NCBI GenBank assembly: GCA_031459875.1
Contig: JAVKHQ010000012.1
Span: 14,848-78,847 of the forward strand
Source of the DNA: Candidatus Fervidifonticultor sextus
GTDB lineage: Bacteria > Sysuimicrobiota > Sysuimicrobiia > Sysuimicrobiales > Humicultoraceae
Length of the DNA: 64,000 nucleotides
Direction: 5' to 3'
Shown here: in pieces, positions 1 to 8,670 of the stretch
How the letters are laid out: every line of letters begins with the position of its first letter
Numbering within the stretch: the first letter of the stretch is position 1
Notes under the pieces: generated by a model
What the model saw: the letters and a program-made list of their open reading frames with translations, nothing else
What the model was told of the DNA's origin: nothing
Database searches by the model: none
Position numbers and translations under genes: made by a program

Positions 1-876
1 CGGCGCTACGCCTCGGAGATCAGCGTGCTGCTGGGGCCTTACGGCGACATCCCGGCTCCTGACGTCGGGACGAACGCCCAGGTCATGTCCTGGATCATGG
101 ACACCTTCAGCATGCACCGCGGGAAGGCGGTGGCTGCGGTCACCACCGGCAAGCCGGTGCCGATCGGGGGGTCGGTGGGCCGCCGGGAAGCCACCGGCCG
201 CGGGCTCATGTTCGCCGCTCGAGCCCTGGCGCGGCTGCTGGGGCTGCCGTGGCGGGGCGCCCGGGTGGCCGTCCAGGGGTTCGGGAACGTGGGATCGGTG
301 GCTGCCCGCCTGATGTGGGACGAAGGCTGCACGGTGGTGGCGGCCAGCGACGTCTACGGGGGGATCTACCATCCCGCCGGGCTGGACCTCCCGGCGCTGG
401 AGCGGCACGTGGCCGCCACCGGCTCGGTGGGGGGATTCCCGGGCGCGGAGCCGGTGGCCAACCGCGATCTGCTGGAACTGCCCTGCACCTACCTGGTCCC
501 GGCGGCCCTCGAGGGCCAGATCACGGCGGAGAACGCGTCCCGGATCCAGGCCCAAGCGATCATCGAGGGTGCCAACGGGCCCACGACGCCCGAGGCCGAC
601 GCGATCCTGGAGGCCCGCGGGGTGACAGTGCTGCCCGACATCCTGGCCAACAGCGGCGGCGTCGTCGTCTCGTACTTCGAGTGGGTCCAGGACCTCCAGA
701 TGGTCTTCTGGTCCGAGGAGGAGATCAACCGGCGCCTGGAGCGGATCATGGTGCGCACCGTGGACGAGGTCGTCGGGCTCGCGCGCGCGGAGGGCATCTC
801 GCTGCGGCTGGCCGCGCTGCAGCGGGCCGTCGGCCGCGTGGCCGGGGCCCTGAGGGTCCGGGGGCTCTATCCGTAG
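1..876 (+). CDS. gdhA: Glu/Leu/Phe/Val dehydrogenase (glutamate dehydrogenase), 5'-truncated by the window edge
   Basis: Frame open from base 1; DIPAPDVGT, TGKP..GGS.GR..ATGRG, QGFGNVG, EGANGP and PDILANSGGV.VSYFEWVQ motifs. Confidence 0.93.
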   Translation, partial: RRYASEISVLLGPYGDIPAPDVGTNAQVMSWIMDTFSMHRGKAVAAVTTGKPVPIGGSVGRREATGRGLMFAARALARLLGLPWRGARVAVQGFGNVGSVAARLMWDEGCTVVAASDVYGGIYHPAGLDLPALERHVAATGSVGGFPGAEPVANRDLLELPCTYLVPAALEGQITAENASRIQAQAIIEGANGPTTPEADAILEARGVTVLPDILANSGGVVVSYFEWVQDLQMVFWSEEEINRRLERIMVRTVDEVVGLARAEGISLRLAALQRAVGRVAGALRVRGLYP

Positions 877-890
877 CCGTCATCGCGCCC

Positions 891-2003
891 ATGCGCTTCG
901 AACTCCTCCACCAGGCCCCGCGCGGCCGCGCGCGCCTGGGCCGACTGCACACCGCCCGCGGGGTCGTGGACACTCCGGCCTTCATGCCGGTGGGGACCAA
1001 CGCCACGGTGAAGGCACTGCTCCCCGAAGAGGTGGCGGCCACCGGGGCCCGGATGATCCTAGCCAACGCCTTCCACCTGTACCTGCGACCGGGGGTCGAG
1101 GTCATCGCCGCGTCGGGGGGGTTGCACGCATTCATGGGCTGGTCCGGGCCGATCCTCACCGACAGCGGCGGCTACCAGGTCTTCAGCCTGGCGCCCATGC
1201 GGCAGATCGACGAGGACGGCGTCACGTTCCGCTCCCCCTTCGACGGGTCGGTCCACCGCTTTACTCCTGAGGGTATCATCGAGATCCAGCGCGACCTGGG
1301 CGCGGACATCGTGATGCCCCTGGACGTGTGCCTGGGCTACCCCCACGAGCCGGCGCAGGCCAGGGAGGCGCTCGACCGCACACTGGCCTGGGCCGAGCGC
1401 GCCCGTGCCCACCACGCGCGGGTGGGGGGCGGAACGCTCTTCGGGATCATTCAGGGAGGCGCGGAGGCGGCGCTGCGGGTGGCGGCGGCGAAGCGGATCG
1501 CCGCGCTGGGCTTCCCCGGGTTCGCGCTGGGGGGGCTCTCGGTCGGCGAGCCCCCGGAGGTGAGCCGTGCCCTCATCGAGGTGGTGGTGGACGAACTCCC
1601 CCCGGAACGGCCGCGCTATCTGATGGGGGTCGGCGCCCCGCCGGCCGTGCTGGAGGGCATCGCCCGCGGAATTGACCTCTTCGACTGCGCGCTCCCCACG
1701 CGGGTGGCGCGGACCGGGGTGCTCCTGACCCGGGCCGGCCGGCTGAACCTCCGCAACGCCCGCTACCGCGCCGACCGCTCGCCGCCCGATCCCGCCTGTG
1801 GCTGCCGGGTGTGCGCCACGACCACCCGGGCCTACCTGCGGCACCTGTTCCACGCCGACGAGATGCTGGGTCCGCGGCTGGCGACCTATCACAACCTCTG
1901 GTTCATGGGACGGTTGCTCGAGGAGGCCCGGGCGGCCATCGGCGACGACCGGTATGCGGCGTGGATGGCAGAGGTCCTGGGCGCCTATGCGACGCCGTGG
2001 TGA
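891..2003 (+). CDS. tgt: tRNA-guanine transglycosylase (queuine tRNA-ribosyltransferase)
   Basis: TPAFMPVGT, LTDSGGYQVFSL, PRYLMGVG, FDC..PTR and Zn-binding CGCRVC...H; start taken at ATG 891. Confidence 0.95.
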   Translation: MRFELLHQAPRGRARLGRLHTARGVVDTPAFMPVGTNATVKALLPEEVAATGARMILANAFHLYLRPGVEVIAASGGLHAFMGWSGPILTDSGGYQVFSLAPMRQIDEDGVTFRSPFDGSVHRFTPEGIIEIQRDLGADIVMPLDVCLGYPHEPAQAREALDRTLAWAERARAHHARVGGGTLFGIIQGGAEAALRVAAAKRIAALGFPGFALGGLSVGEPPEVSRALIEVVVDELPPERPRYLMGVGAPPAVLEGIARGIDLFDCALPTRVARTGVLLTRAGRLNLRNARYRADRSPPDPACGCRVCATTTRAYLRHLFHADEMLGPRLATYHNLWFMGRLLEEARAAIGDDRYAAWMAEVLGAYATPW

Positions 2004-2065
2004 GGAGGAGATGGCCAGCCGCGGTGGAACCTGTTGCGTGGTCGTGGTGAACAGGGGGACGGGCG

Positions 2066-2350
2066 ATGCCGGCTCAGCAGGCGCAGCAGTATTACGTGGT
2101 CTTCTTCTGGATCTTGATCTTCGCCGTCTTCTACTTCCTCATGATCAGGCCACAACGGATTCAGCAGCGCAAACGCCGCGAGATGCTGGAGGGTCTGCGG
2201 CGGGGGGACCGGGTGGTCACCATCGGCGGGCTGCACGCCACCATCGCCGATATCAAGGATGATATCCTGACCCTGGACCTGGCTCCCAACCTCCGCGTGA
2301 AGGCGGACCGGGGGGCCGTGAGCTACGTCCGCTCGAAGGGAGAGGAGTGA
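2066..2350 (+). CDS. yajC: Preprotein translocase subunit YajC
   Basis: N-terminal TM, FYFLMIRPQ, GDRVVTIGGLH; directly downstream of tgt. Confidence 0.93.
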   Translation: MPAQQAQQYYVVFFWILIFAVFYFLMIRPQRIQQRKRREMLEGLRRGDRVVTIGGLHATIADIKDDILTLDLAPNLRVKADRGAVSYVRSKGEE

Positions 2351-3033
2351 CCGTCAAGGAGGCCGCCGCGCCGATCCCAACCCTGGAGGACGTCAAGCGC
2401 GACCCCGAGGTCGAGGCATTCCTCAGCAAGGCCAACGAGTACACGGGCGTCATCGGCTACACCGAGCACGGCCACCGGCACGCCAACCTGTGCGCCAGCA
2501 TCGCCGCCAACGTGGCCCGGCGCCTGGGGTACGACGAGCGCACCGTCCAGCTCGCCGCCATCGCGGCCTACCTCCACGACATCGGCAACCTGGTCAGCCG
2601 CCTCAACCACGAGCACGTGGGCGCCCTGCTGGCGGACGGCATCCTGGCGCGGCTGGGCATGCCGCCCGATGAGCGCGCCATCGTCATGGGCGCCATTGGC
2701 AACCACGAGGAGAAGCACGGGGAGGCGGTTAGCGCCGTGGGCGCCGCGGTCATTCTGGCCGACAAGTCCGATGTCCACCGCACCCGCGTGCGCAACCCCG
2801 ACCGCGCCACCTTCGACATCCACGACCGGGTGAACTATGCGGTCGAGCACTCGTTCCTCCGCGTGGACGAAAAAAGCAAGACGGTTACCCTGGAGCTCAC
2901 CATCGACACGGCCATGTCCCAGGTCATGGAGTACTTCGAGATCTTCCTCGACCGCATGCTCATGTGCCGGCGCGCGGCGGAATTCCTGGGGTGCGGGTTC
3001 AAACTGCAGATCAACGGCGTGAAGTTGCTCTAG
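2347..3033 (+). CDS. HD-domain metal-dependent phosphohydrolase
   Basis: TEHGHRH, YLHDIGN, ILADKSD motifs; GTGA overlap with yajC. Confidence 0.85.
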   Translation: MTVKEAAAPIPTLEDVKRDPEVEAFLSKANEYTGVIGYTEHGHRHANLCASIAANVARRLGYDERTVQLAAIAAYLHDIGNLVSRLNHEHVGALLADGILARLGMPPDERAIVMGAIGNHEEKHGEAVSAVGAAVILADKSDVHRTRVRNPDRATFDIHDRVNYAVEHSFLRVDEKSKTVTLELTIDTAMSQVMEYFEIFLDRMLMCRRAAEFLGCGFKLQINGVKLL

Positions 3034-3042
3034 TCCTGCCTC

Positions 3043-3753
3043 GTGCGCTCGCTGGTCCTGCTCCCCCTCTACAACGAGGCGCCGACGGTCGGCCGGGTCC
3101 TCGACCAGGTGCGCCGGCATGCGCCCCACTGCGAGATCCTGGTGGTGGACGACGGCTCCACCGACGGCTCGCCCGAGGTCCTGCGGGCCTATCCTGAGAT
3201 CACCGTCGTGACCCATGCCCAGAACGAGGGGTACGGGCAGTCGCTCATCGACGGGTTCGCCTACGGCCTGGCCCACGGCTACGACGCCGTGGTCACGCTG
3301 GACTGTGACGAGCAGCACGAGCCGCGCCAGATCCCGCAGTTCTTGGCCGCGCTGGAGGGGGCCGACATCGTCTCGGGCAGCCGCTACCTGGACCCCGGCC
3401 TGGGGGGCGATCCGCCGCCGCCGGACCGCCGCCGGCTCAACGAGGAGATCACGGCCAGGCTGAGGGCGCTGGTCGGCTACCCCATCACCGACGCCTTCTG
3501 CGGGTTCAAGGCCTACCGCGCCGGCGCGCTGCGGCGGCTCCACCTGACCGAGCCATCCTACGGGCTGCCGCTCCAGGTCTGGGTGCAGGCCGCGGCGGCG
3601 GGGCTGCGGGTCGTCGAGGTGCCGACCCCCCGCATCTACAAGAACCCCCAGCGCCGCTTCTGGGGCGGGCTGGACGACGTGGAGGTCCGGCGGCGATACT
3701 ACGAAGAGGTGATGGAGCGAGAGGTGGCCCGGTGGCGTCCATCCTGGCGATAG
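3043..3753 (+). CDS. Glycosyltransferase family 2 (DPM1-like)
   Basis: LPLYNE, VVDDGSTD, TLDCDEQH, SGSRY, TDAFCGFKAY. Confidence 0.88.
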   Translation: MRSLVLLPLYNEAPTVGRVLDQVRRHAPHCEILVVDDGSTDGSPEVLRAYPEITVVTHAQNEGYGQSLIDGFAYGLAHGYDAVVTLDCDEQHEPRQIPQFLAALEGADIVSGSRYLDPGLGGDPPPPDRRRLNEEITARLRALVGYPITDAFCGFKAYRAGALRRLHLTEPSYGLPLQVWVQAAAAGLRVVEVPTPRIYKNPQRRFWGGLDDVEVRRRYYEEVMEREVARWRPSWR

Positions 3754-4415
3754 GCCCTCACCCCGACGACGTGGAGATCGCCATGGGGGGGACCGTCTGC
3801 CTGCTGCTGGCCCAGGGGCACCAGGTGACCGTCTGCGACCTGACCAACGGCGAGCCCACCCCGATGGGAACCCCGCAGCGCCGCGCGGCCGAGGCCGCGG
3901 CGGCCGCGCGGCTCTTGGGCATCTCCCGCCGCATCACCCTGGACCTGCCCAACCGCGCGCTGGAACACACCCTGGAAGCCCGGCGCCGGGTCGCCGAGGT
4001 GATCCGCGAGGTGCGGCCCGATGCGCTCTTCGTGCCCTACTGGGTGGACGCGCATCCCGACCACGTGGCGGCCTGCTCGATCGCCGAGGCCGCCCGGTTC
4101 TGGGCCAAGCTGACCAAGACCGACATGCGCGGCGAGCCGCACTACCCCCGGCGCGTCTACCACTTCTTCAGCACCCACTACGCTCTGCATGTCAGGCCGT
4201 CGTTCATCGTAGACATCTCCCCCTACATGGAGACGAAGATGGCGGCGGTGGCGGCGTACGCGTCTCAGTTCAGTGCCGCCCGGGGCACCGCGTGGATCCT
4301 GGACGAGATCCGGGATGTCGGCCGCTACTTCGGGCGGCTCATCGCGCGCGACTACGGCGAACCGTTCGTCTGCCGGGAGGAGATCGGCGTGGTGCGGTGG
4401 GACGGCCTGATCTGA
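3732..4415 (+). CDS. bshB1: PIG-L family deacetylase, bacillithiol BshB1-like
   Basis: GPHPDDVE, DLTNGE...GT, DAHPDH, AYASQF, YGEPF motifs. Confidence 0.75.
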   Translation: MASILAIGPHPDDVEIAMGGTVCLLLAQGHQVTVCDLTNGEPTPMGTPQRRAAEAAAAARLLGISRRITLDLPNRALEHTLEARRRVAEVIREVRPDALFVPYWVDAHPDHVAACSIAEAARFWAKLTKTDMRGEPHYPRRVYHFFSTHYALHVRPSFIVDISPYMETKMAAVAAYASQFSAARGTAWILDEIRDVGRYFGRLIARDYGEPFVCREEIGVVRWDGLI

Positions 4416-5980
4416 TGGACGAGGCCGCCCCCGGGCCGATCGCGTGGCCCGCGCTGGACGTGGAGATCCCCCCGACCTCGCCGGAGGCGGTGGCCGTGCC
4501 GCCCATGCCGCGGTGGCTGGATCTGGCCCAGAGCAACCGTGCGGGCCTGGACGCCGAGTCCGCCGACATCGCCGGGATGCCGCTCGCCGACCTGCGGCGT
4601 CAGGCCCGCGCCCAGGCCGCTGCCGCCGCGGCCGCCTACACCCGCGGTCTGGGCCTCGAGGTCGCCGGGGGGCGCCCCGATCTCCTGCTGTGCACCGGGC
4701 ACCAGCCGACGCTCGTCCATCCGGGCATCTGGATCAAGTACCTGGCCCTCTCCCGTCTGGTGCCCCCCGGCGGGATCGGCCTCAGTCTCATCGTGGACAG
4801 CGACGCCGCCGACGAGATCTCAGCCGAGGTCCCGCGGGCCGACGGGCGGCTGCGCCGCGAACGGGTCGTCCTGGCCAGGGGCGGGCCGGAGGTGCCTGCC
4901 GAGCTCATCCCCGCCCCGACCGATGGAGACTGGCGGGCGTTCGTAGCCGAGGTCGACGCCCACCTCCAGACGCTCCAGGAGCCTGAGGTGGTCGCGGCTT
5001 GGGCGCGGGTGCGGGCGCTGCCACCGCCGCCGCGCGGCGCCGGCCTCTCCGGCGCGGTCACCTGGCTGCGGCGTACGCTGGAAGGGCGGCGGCCCTACCT
5101 CGACCTGCCGGTGTCGCAGGTCGCCGGCCTGCCCGCCTTCAGGCGGTTCGCCCTGGCGATCCTCGGGGATGCCCGCCGCTTCGCGGACCTCCACAACGTC
5201 TGCCTGGCGTCGTACCGGGAGCACTATGGCATCCGCACCGGTGCGCAGCCATTTCCAGACCTGATCGCAGACGCCGCCCGCGTCGAGGTCCCGTTCTGGT
5301 ACTTCGCCGACGGCCGCCGGTGGCCGCTCTTCGCCGACGTCCAGCGCGGCCTGCTCGTCGTCGACGGCCGTCCCGTGGGTGCCCTGCCCGCCGCCGTCGA
5401 CGACCCGGCCTTCACCGCACTGCCCATCCGGCCGCGGGCGCTGGTGCTCACGGCGTTCGCCCGCCTTGTGCTGTCCGACCTGTTCATCCACGGCGTGGGC
5501 GGCGGCCGATACGACCGAGCGACCGACGCCATCATCCGCGCGTTCTTCGGCGTCAGGCCGCCGGCCTATGCGGTCGTGACGGCGACGCTGTGGCTGCCGT
5601 TCGCCTCCGGCGCGCCGTCTGTCGCGGAACGGGTCCGGCTGCAGCGGCTGCTGCTGGACCTGCAGCACAATCCCGATCGGTACCTGCCCCAGGATGCGGG
5701 GCCGCACCGGGCGCTCGTCGAGGAGAAGTGGGCGCTGATCCGCAAACTGGACCAGTCCGGCCTGACCCGGCGCGAGCGGCGAGCGGCGACACAGCGCATC
5801 CGCGAGATCAACCTGATCCTCCAGGTGGTGGTGGCCGATCAAGTCGCGGAGGTCCAGGAGGCCCTGCGCGCCCTGGACCGCCGCGATCAGGATGCCGAGG
5901 TCACCGGCTACCGCGGCTTTCCGTTCCTGCTCCATCCCGTCGAGTCGGTCGAGGCGCTGGTCGATGCCCTGGGCCGTTGA
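4415..5980 (+). CDS. Hypothetical protein, possibly a distant BshC (cysteine-adding enzyme)-like protein
   Basis: ATG overlaps bshB1 stop (TGATG); TGHQP..HPG.W.K, RPRAL, FIHGVGGGRYD motifs and a C-terminal coiled coil; the BshC link is inferred from architecture and context. Confidence 0.5.
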   Translation: MDEAAPGPIAWPALDVEIPPTSPEAVAVPPMPRWLDLAQSNRAGLDAESADIAGMPLADLRRQARAQAAAAAAAYTRGLGLEVAGGRPDLLLCTGHQPTLVHPGIWIKYLALSRLVPPGGIGLSLIVDSDAADEISAEVPRADGRLRRERVVLARGGPEVPAELIPAPTDGDWRAFVAEVDAHLQTLQEPEVVAAWARVRALPPPPRGAGLSGAVTWLRRTLEGRRPYLDLPVSQVAGLPAFRRFALAILGDARRFADLHNVCLASYREHYGIRTGAQPFPDLIADAARVEVPFWYFADGRRWPLFADVQRGLLVVDGRPVGALPAAVDDPAFTALPIRPRALVLTAFARLVLSDLFIHGVGGGRYDRATDAIIRAFFGVRPPAYAVVTATLWLPFASGAPSVAERVRLQRLLLDLQHNPDRYLPQDAGPHRALVEEKWALIRKLDQSGLTRRERRAATQRIREINLILQVVVADQVAEVQEALRALDRRDQDAEVTGYRGFPFLLHPVESVEALVDALGR

Positions 5981-6659
5981 GGTGGACGGGGTCGTCAAGG
6001 CCTACGACCACCGGCCGGTGCTCCGCGGGGCCAGTCTCCGCGTGCGGACCGGACAGACCGTGGCGGTGCTGGGCGCCAATGGATCCGGCAAGACCACGCT
6101 GCTGCGCCTGGTGGCCACGCTCTCTTCGCCGACCCGCGGCACGATCCGGCTCTTCGGCCGCCCGGCGGCGCCGCTGCCTGAGGTGCGGCGGCGGATCGGG
6201 CTGGTGCCGCACGAGTCGCTGCTCTACGACAGCCTGACCGTGGAGGAGAACCTGCGCTTCTTCGCAGGGCTGTACGGACTCCCCCGCCGACGGGTGGACG
6301 ACCTGCTGGACCGCACGGCCCTGCGGCCCCTGGCCGGCCGCCGGGCGCGCGTGCTCTCCCGTGGCCAGCGGCAGCAGGTCAACCTGGCCCGCGCGTTGCT
6401 GCACGACCCCGAGTTACTGATCCTCGACGAGCCGTACACCGGGCTGGATCTGGGGGCCGCCGACCGCCTGACCGCGATGCTGCGGGATGCGGTGGGGCTG
6501 GGGCGAACGGTGCTCCTCACGACGCACGACCTGGCCCAGGCGCAGGACCTGACAGCTGGCATCGCGGTGCTGCTCGACGGGCGCCTGACCGAGGTCATGC
6601 CCGCCGACAGCCTGGACGAGGGTCGCCTGGCGGCCTGGTTCCGCGAAGGCCGACGATGA
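5964..6659 (+). CDS. ccmA: Heme ABC exporter ATP-binding subunit CcmA
   Basis: Walker A GANGSGKTT, LSRGQ, LILDEPYTGLD; followed by ccmBC. Confidence 0.88.
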   Translation: MPWAVEVDGVVKAYDHRPVLRGASLRVRTGQTVAVLGANGSGKTTLLRLVATLSSPTRGTIRLFGRPAAPLPEVRRRIGLVPHESLLYDSLTVEENLRFFAGLYGLPRRRVDDLLDRTALRPLAGRRARVLSRGQRQQVNLARALLHDPELLILDEPYTGLDLGAADRLTAMLRDAVGLGRTVLLTTHDLAQAQDLTAGIAVLLDGRLTEVMPADSLDEGRLAAWFREGRR

Positions 6660-7303
6660 GGGCCATCTGGCTGCTGGTCAGCAAGGATCTGCGTCTGGAG
6701 TGGCGGACGCGCGAGATCGTGACCACGGTGGGCCTGCTGGCGCTGCTGCTGGTCATCGTGCTCGGGGCCGCCCGGCCCGACCCCGAAGGCGCGCCCGCCG
6801 CCATGTGGGTGACCTACGCGTTTGCGGCCACGCTAGGCTTCACGCGGACCTTCGCCCTGGAGCGCGACCACCTGACCGGGCTGCGGCTGGCGCCGATCGA
6901 TCGCGGCGCCATCTACGCCGCGAAGGCGCTGGCCAACTGGGTGATGCTCGCCGTCGTCCAGGCGGTCTCGCTCCCGGTCTTCGGCGCGCTCTTCACCGAG
7001 GCGATCTGGGCCCGCGTGCCTGCCCTCGCCCTGCCCATGGTCCTCGGGGGCGTCGGGCTGGCAGCCATCGGCACGCTCTTCGGCGGGCTGATCGTCCAGA
7101 CGCGGCTGCGCGAGGCGCTGCTGCCGATCCTGATGCTGCCGGTGGCGCTGCCGCTGCTCATCGCGGCCACGAGCGCCACGGCCGCGATTCTCGATGGGGA
7201 GGCCATCGCGGCCGTCGGCGCGCAATTGCAGTTGCTGGGGGCCTTTGATATAGTGTTTATCACCACCAGCGTGGTGCTTTTCGACGTGGTCCTGGAGGAG
7301 TGA
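6656..7303 (+). CDS. ccmB: Heme exporter permease CcmB
   Basis: KDLRLEWR, hydrophobic multi-TM, REALLPILMLP. Confidence 0.9.
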   Translation: MRAIWLLVSKDLRLEWRTREIVTTVGLLALLLVIVLGAARPDPEGAPAAMWVTYAFAATLGFTRTFALERDHLTGLRLAPIDRGAIYAAKALANWVMLAVVQAVSLPVFGALFTEAIWARVPALALPMVLGGVGLAAIGTLFGGLIVQTRLREALLPILMLPVALPLLIAATSATAAILDGEAIAAVGAQLQLLGAFDIVFITTSVVLFDVVLEE

Positions 7304-7315
7304 CGCCTGCCCGCC

Positions 7316-7975
7316 GTGATTCGTCCACTCCTGGTCGTCGCCACGGGCCTCATGCTGGTCGGCGCGGCGTGGGCGCTGCTGGTGGCACCCGAAGAGGCGT
7401 TTCAGGGAGTCCCCCAGCGGATCATGTACATCCATGTGCCCAGCGTCATCACCGCCTACGCAGCCCTCGCCGTGGTGTTCGTCGGCAGCGTGCTCTTCCT
7501 CTGGCGGCGCGATGCCCGCTGGGATCACCTCGCCCACGCCGCGGCCGAGCTGGCGGTGCTGTTCATCTCGATGACGTTGATCTCGGGTGCCATCTGGGGC
7601 AAGCCGGTGTGGGGCACCTGGTGGACCTGGGATGCCCGGCTGACGACCACGCTGATCCTGTGGTTCATCTACGTGGGCTACCTGATCGTGCGCGCGTGGG
7701 CCCCGGGCTCCCGCGGCGCGCGAACCGCGGCGGTCATCGGCATCGTGGGTGTGCTGGACGTCCCGCTCATCCACTGGTCCGCGATTCTGCTGCGCACCCT
7801 GCACCCGCAGCCCACCGTGTTGCGGCCTGAAGGGCCGGCGCTGCCCGCCAGCATGCTGGTCCCCCTGGTGGTGAACCTCGCTGCCTACCTCCTGATGTTT
7901 GTGGCGCTGCTTGCGATCCGGGTGCGTCAGGAGCGCACGCTGACCGCGCTCGTCGACGCCCTGGAGGGAGCCTAG
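7316..7975 (+). CDS. ccmC: Heme exporter CcmC
   Basis: RIMYIHVP, tryptophan-rich WGKPVWGTWWTWDARLT, TLHP. Confidence 0.93.
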   Translation: MIRPLLVVATGLMLVGAAWALLVAPEEAFQGVPQRIMYIHVPSVITAYAALAVVFVGSVLFLWRRDARWDHLAHAAAELAVLFISMTLISGAIWGKPVWGTWWTWDARLTTTLILWFIYVGYLIVRAWAPGSRGARTAAVIGIVGVLDVPLIHWSAILLRTLHPQPTVLRPEGPALPASMLVPLVVNLAAYLLMFVALLAIRVRQERTLTALVDALEGA

Positions 7976-7979
7976 CCCG

Positions 7980-8111
7980 GTGGGCTTCGTCGCTGCCGCC
8001 TATCTGATCGTCACCGCCCTCTTCGCGGGTTATGCCCTGACGCTGGCTGGCCGGCAGCGGCTCATCGCGGACCTGGCCGAGGCGGCCGGCCTGGAGGAGG
8101 CGCGGCGATGA
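7980..8111 (+). CDS. ccmD: Small membrane protein, CcmD-like (43 aa; not in ORF track)
   Basis: GTG 7980; MGFVAAAYLIVTALFAGYALTLAGRQRLIADLAEAAGLEEARR; lies between ccmC and ccmE, stop overlaps ccmE ATG. Confidence 0.75.
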   Translation: MGFVAAAYLIVTALFAGYALTLAGRQRLIADLAEAAGLEEARR

Positions 8112-8506
8112 GCGCCACGAAGCGCAAACTGCTGGTCGGCTCGCTGGTCATCGTCGCGGCACTGGGCTTCGTGGCCTATCAGGGCGTGCGTTCGTCGATG
8201 GTCTACTACCTGACCCCGACCGAGTTCAAGAACCGACCGGATCTTGCTCACCAGAAGGTCCGCATGGCCGGGGAAGTTGTCCCGGGATCGGTGCAGCGGT
8301 CGGGAGGGACGGTTCGTTTCACCATTACCGACGGCACCACGCTCTACGCCGTGTCCTACGGGGGGCCGCTTCCGGACCTCTTCGCCGAAGGCCGACAGGT
8401 GCTGGTCGAGGGGCGCCTGGACCGGCAGGGGATGCTGGTGGCCTCGCAGGTGATCTCGACGCACCCATCGGAATACCAGGAGAAGCACCCGGACCGGCAA
8501 CCGTGA
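8108..8506 (+). CDS. ccmE: Heme chaperone CcmE
   Basis: N-terminal TM, VYYLTP.E, G.LPDLF.EG..V.VEG, heme-binding HPSEY. Confidence 0.9.
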   Translation: MSATKRKLLVGSLVIVAALGFVAYQGVRSSMVYYLTPTEFKNRPDLAHQKVRMAGEVVPGSVQRSGGTVRFTITDGTTLYAVSYGGPLPDLFAEGRQVLVEGRLDRQGMLVASQVISTHPSEYQEKHPDRQP

Positions 8507-8670
8507 CGCCGGGCGTCCTGCTGATCATGGTCGCGATGGTCTGGGCGGTCGTGCTGGTCGGTCTGCTCAGGCTGCTGGCGGTGATGGAGCGCGTCGAGCG
8601 CCTGGCCCCCGACCAGGGGGGGAGGGTGCCCGCCCGCTCGCCGACCGTCGGGGGGATGCGCCGTGGGTGA
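8503..8670 (+). CDS. Small single-TM protein (55 aa; second CcmD-like peptide; not in ORF track)
   Basis: GTGA overlap with ccmE stop; MTPGVLLIMVAMVWAVVLVGLLRLLAVMERVERL...; stop overlaps ccmF start. Confidence 0.6.
   Translation: MTPGVLLIMVAMVWAVVLVGLLRLLAVMERVERLAPDQGGRVPARSPTVGGMRRG

Noticed and set aside
249..890. Long N-terminal extension on tgt in the ORF track (similar extensions at 4292, 15544, 16849, 22267, 26977, 38972, 44818, 47232, 49939)
   Set aside because: The extensions overlap the upstream gene in another frame and are low-complexity or motif-free; downstream starts fit RBS or overlap patterns, so these are not fusions.
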